A DNA stretch of 62,631 nt, filler included, from Nemertoderma westbladi (lineage: Eukaryota; Animalia; Xenacoelomorpha), in the NCBI GenBank assembly GCA_032718475.1. It is 3 parts of 3 records of this genome, joined end to end, with 100 filler letters (N's around TTAATTAATTAA, not from the genome) between each part and the next. Parts side by side here need not be neighbours in the genome. Positions count along the whole stretch, not along the records: positions 51,821 to 62,631 come from JAUCBJ010001261.1; 2 more parts are not named here. One strand, written 5' to 3'. The notes below the pieces were generated by a model. The model was not told where the DNA came from. It ran no database searches and was given only the letters and a program-made list of their open reading frames with translations. Position numbers and translations under genes: made by a program. Positions 58,208 through 62,631 of the stretch are shown here, in pieces. Position 1 is the first letter of the stretch. Each line of letters opens with the position of its first letter.

Positions 58208-58500
58208 TACTAGCAGGCAATACCCGAGGCATGTTACCCGGTATTTCCCGCTACCGGCATAGGCCTACTGGCGTACTGGTACCGGTATAGGCCTACTGGC
58301 GTACTGGTACCGGTAGAGGCCTACTGACGTACCGGTACCCAGTACCGGTACCGAACGTGAATTATACTTTTCGAAAAGTGGCCTATAACGACCGCTGGTT
58401 AAAGTTATACACACATGCCAAGTTCCAGCGCAATCCCTCCGCCCGTTTTGGAGGAGTTCGAACACAGAGAGAGAGAGAGAGACAGAATTTGATTTTTATC
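58208..58500 (+). mobile_element. Possible Helentron/DINE-like non-autonomous element
   Basis: Starts TACTAG...CCCG, has internal TACCGG repeats, and a (GA)n run near the 3' end. Confidence 0.4.
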
Positions 58501-58521
58501 CAGCGTTACTACGGTAACACA

Positions 58522-61012
58522 TGTAATCATTATAACAGGATATGACAACTCCCCTTTTAAGTTAATTTTGGTCTCCAAATTATAACGCACTAAAATGAAT
58601 GTGTCTCCAATGAATATATAATAATTCAATGATAATTTAATACAGTTTTAACACTCCACATTATCCTGGAATGTTACCGTTTTCCGATTCCGAGGGCTTC
58701 GTCTCGGGCTCGGCGGTTTGGGTTCAGGTTCCTCGGATGTGGCAAAGGACTGTGGGAATTCTCTCTTGTTTTCCCCGTCAACTATTTGATCGGGTTTAGT
58801 GTCTACTTCCTCGTGGAAGCGTCTTATAAACCTCCCGTTCCTCCACCACGTCCGTCCTGATTCGAGCTTTATTCGATAGTTGCATCGCGCTCCGATGCTA
58901 ACTAGCACTCCCAGATGGTTCCAACGCTTCGTAGTTTTGTTTTGGACCCGGACTCTGTCTCCAACTTCAAATTTCTTTAAGTCCCGTGCGCTAGAGTTGT
59001 AATAATCGACCGCCTTTTGGCGTATAGCCGCGCGCTAGGCATCGATATCGTCCGAAAGTTTAATCCACGATGTGTCATATACCGTGTGATGGGCAGGTAC
59101 TCTTGACCGAAGGGTACGGCCGAAGATAATCTCGTTGGGAGAACGGCCGTCCTCCCGGGGTGTGTTGCGCAGTTCCAGGATTGCTTCCAAGAATTCCTCC
59201 GATTGGATATTATTGGAGGGAAGTTTCGCCAGCATGTTTTTAATAAGTTTAACATGCGCTTCCGCGTGCCCGTTACTCGACGGGAAGTTCGGAGTACTCG
59301 GTCCACCGTCAGTTCGCAACTTCGTTGGGACGCCCAACTCAACGAAGAACCTGGTCATTGCGGCAACCACCTGCTGTGAGGATGGATCGCGCCGCCACTG
59401 TGCGACAATGGGATAACCAGACAGAATGTCAGTGTAAACAATATAATGTTGTCCACCCAGAGCGAAGAGATCGGCGGAGGCGTGTTCGAATGGGCGTTTA
59501 GGGTATTCGTCGCTCATGTGAATCTCTTTGGGGAGGCTAGGGAGTCTCTTTTGGCACCGTTGGCATTGCCGGACCATGCGTTCTATGTCTGCTGACATAC
59601 CGGGGCAGTAAAGAGTTTCTCGAGCGCGACGTTTGGTTCGCGTCATTCCCTGATGTGCCGCATGTAGTCGTTCTAGAACGTCTGTTCTTTTACTCAGGGG
59701 AACGACCAACCGCTGGCCATACAGTATAAGGCCATTCTCAGTTGAGAGGTGTTGGCGAATGTATTTGAATTGATGAGTAAACTTTGACGCGTTTTTGAAT
59801 CCGCTGAAGTCGTTCTGAGTTTCTCGCATAAGCTCCTGGTAGTTTTCGTCACTTAATGCGGCTCGTCGCAACTCCTCGACTCCGGAACTGTCGTCCAGAG
59901 TGATGGAGGCTAGACGGATCGCGTTTATTACTCGTTCGTCGACTTCATCCCAAGTCTCATTGTCGGGATTATCGACTGGGGCTCGACTTAGACAGTCGGC
60001 GGTACGGTTCTTGGCAGCACACTGCCACTCAACTGTGAATTGGTAGTGTGACTGGAGTTCGGATTTAATTCGCTGGAGTTTAGCATTCTCAACCTGATTT
60101 AGAGTTTGTTTGTTGAATATGGAAACGAGAGGGCGGTGGTCGGTTGCGACGGTAAAATTGTTTAAGCCCGCCAGATATAATCGACACTTTCTAAAGGCGT
60201 ATTTAATTGCGATAGCCTCAAGCTCGATCGTCGCATAGCGGGATTCCGGGTCAGACAGGAATCTACTACCGCAGGCGATGAGTTTCCATTTCTCATCGTT
60301 TTTTTGCAGGAGGTTGAACCCCAATCCGTGGAGTCGGCTAGCATCCGTCTCCAAGCGTGTCTTGGCGTTAACTTGGAATGTAGCCAAGACGGGCGGCTGG
60401 GTCAGTACAGTTTAACTGCCCGGAAAGACTTCTCGTGGACTTCGAACCAAGTAAATGTGTTTCTGGCTTGGAGTAGTTCGCATAATGGCGTTGCGGCCGT
60501 TGCAACTTCAGACGAGAAGCAACCTAGTTGGTTTATTAAACCCATGAAACTTCTGAGTTCTGTGAGGTTTGTAGGTGTGGGGAAGTCAGGTATGGCGCGG
60601 GTTTTCTCGGGATCAGCTTCAATAGCATCCTGAGAAATGTTATAACCCGCGAATTTAACTGATGATTCGGCGAACTTGATTTCCCGGGGTGTAGCGTTAC
60701 ACCGTGTTCGTGGCAACGGTTCAACACGGTTCGAACTCGCTCGATATGAAGTTCGTATTCGACGTCCTCGATTAGAATGTCGTCGACTATATTTTGCTCA
60801 CGTTGTCGACCCCTTCCAGCGCCAAATCCCCACGATAATTAAAAGAGTCCCCGGTGGAAATGAAACCCATGGGGGCTCGGCGATAACGATATCTTCCCCA
60901 TGGAGTTATAAACGTCGTTAAGTCCCGGGACTCTTCCTCCAGTTCGACCTGCCAATAGCCGCTTTTCGCATCGACGACAGTGAAATATCGCGCGCCGGGA
61001 ACTCGATGAGAG
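58522..61012 (-). mobile_element. Degenerate Ty3/Gypsy (Mag-like) pol fragment with PPT and start of the 3' LTR
   Basis: RT motifs VDAKSGYWQV, TTFITPWGRY and IVDDIL. RNase H ETDAS, YATIELE and TDHRPL. Integrase HAAHQG...CQRC, TDGGP and SNGHAE. PPT AAAAGGGGAG, then TGTCAT at 58547. Confidence 0.93.
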
Positions 61013-61090
61013 ACAATGTCGAACGTTTTACCATTTAAACTAGCTAATTAAAGAGCACTTTAGTTAGGTAACATAAAACTCACTAGCCAC

Positions 61091-61483
61091 TAGGGATGTG
61101 GCGAATATTCGCATCCGCGGATATCCGCATGATTTTTCGCATCCGCATCCGCACCCATGGAATGCGGATGTGACATGCGGATGTGATATGCACTATTCAA
61201 GCATCCTGACTTATTATATTCGACAAATTATACTCGACGGGAACAATATAAAAAATGTTTGTTTGTTGTATTATTGTTTTGTTATATTATGTCCCATTCT
61301 GTTCTATAACCTTAGACTCTTGTTAGTTTATTAATAATATAAGATTAGAATATAATATTAAAATGCTGGTATCACCTTGATGTAAAAGGGAGGCCAGGCA
61401 GAAATATATACGTTTTAATAGACATCCGCATCCGCATCCGCATCCGTGCGGATGTTTAAAATATGACATTCGCAACATCCCTA
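61091..61483. mobile_element. hAT-family MITE
   Basis: TIR TAGGGATGT.GCGAAT. 8-bp TSD CTAGCCAC / CTTGCCAC. Subterminal (CATCCG)n repeats. Confidence 0.85.
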
Positions 61484-62631
61484 CTTGCCACCATGATAAT
61501 TTGTTATTAAACTGAAACGTTTTAGAACAATATTTTTTGTTCTAGAACAACCATTAATATGTAATAGCTAACATGTTATCGAACGGTTTCTAATGAGAAA
61601 CGGGGTATGTATTCATATAAGCAAACCACATGGCTAAATTTTGGTTTGTTTATTAAAATTGGCTAGAGAGGGGGGGGGGGGGGGGGGGGGGGTAGCGCCC
61701 CAGACTCCTATTAAACTATAGGCCATGCAGAGGGAATTTACTAGCTAACTTGGCGATTTAGCCCTTGTTACTAATCGAAGTCCTCACGCTAGTAAATTCC
61801 GACTGGAGTCCTATACTTTAGGATGCCTTTGACTTAACCCTAAAGTATTTCATAAAAATTTCCTCATTTCGCGAATTTCGTGAAGAATCCGTCAATTTCT
61901 TCGCCCTGAAAATTATCGCCCCATTATAATACAAATTTTTTAGTTTAGAAGTAAATTGAGAAATCAACGTTTTAAATACATATATATTCAGATTCCGAAT
62001 GAAAAGAGTTATTCAAAATTTAACGATTTAACATTGCAAGACATCACTTGGTGCTTCTTCGGAATAAGCTCAAGTGCATTACGACCAATTATCGACAAGC
62101 TGAGTCGTGATTGGCTCAAATTTCTGGCGATGCTTCCCAGTTGTCGTTCCTTACTCTTAGCACCCTTTCAATATCATTTTGTGATTTTTCATTTCATTTT
62201 TAATTCTTGTAAATTCGTAGAAAAATACATGAAAGGTGAAATATTTACATGTTAAACATGTATAATAAATTATGTGTAATGTGTAATAAAGCTATAATCA
62301 CGATGAATGTAGCCAAGCGAAATGCTATATTTCGAAGGTTTAACTTATAGTAAAAAGGTAACAAATAAGAAACAGATTTTGAATGTGCCCCCTATATACT
62401 TGTTCTTATCGTGAACAAGTACTGTATATAGGCCTAGTGAAAATATGATATGAAAAATCACCACAAATTCAGTTTGATTTTATTAGTAAATGGGTTTTTA
62501 GGATGCTGATAACGAATACGAATATGACACTGAAATATATCGTACCTTGTTGATTAGGGCATTTTTGGATATGTGTCAATGTCCTGGACGAAAAATACAA
62601 GTAGCACAAATTTGATAATAAAAACTCATTA

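Overview
AT-rich, transposon-dense DNA from an intron-containing animal (invertebrate-like) genome. It consists of three contigs joined by artificial 44N-TTAATTAATTAA-44N linkers at 24452-24551 and 51721-51820. Host genes: four minus-strand exons of a sortilin (VPS10-domain) gene that the ORF track largely misses, an intronless three-Ig-domain membrane receptor nested antisense in a sortilin intron, a two-coding-exon RAB28 with a GC-AG intron and an upstream X-box, an intronless F-box/WD protein, and two exons of a BAK1-like Bcl-2 family gene. Mobile DNA: a CR1/L2-group LINE, five near-identical RTE LINE copies, a decayed MULE, a Gypsy (Mag-like) fragment, many hAT, Harbinger and TTAA MITEs, and SINEs. 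The most unusual material is three BEL/Pao-derived elements. Two have long open Gag-protease ORFs but no RT, RNase H or integrase. The third has a 5' leader containing a complete foreign LTR in antisense and two long inverted repeats (arms of about 205 and 125 bp). Both loops start at the same stem-loop motif resembling an LTR start. This is a candidate mobile hairpin-RNA (anti-LTR silencing) cassette; that function is an inference and is untested.
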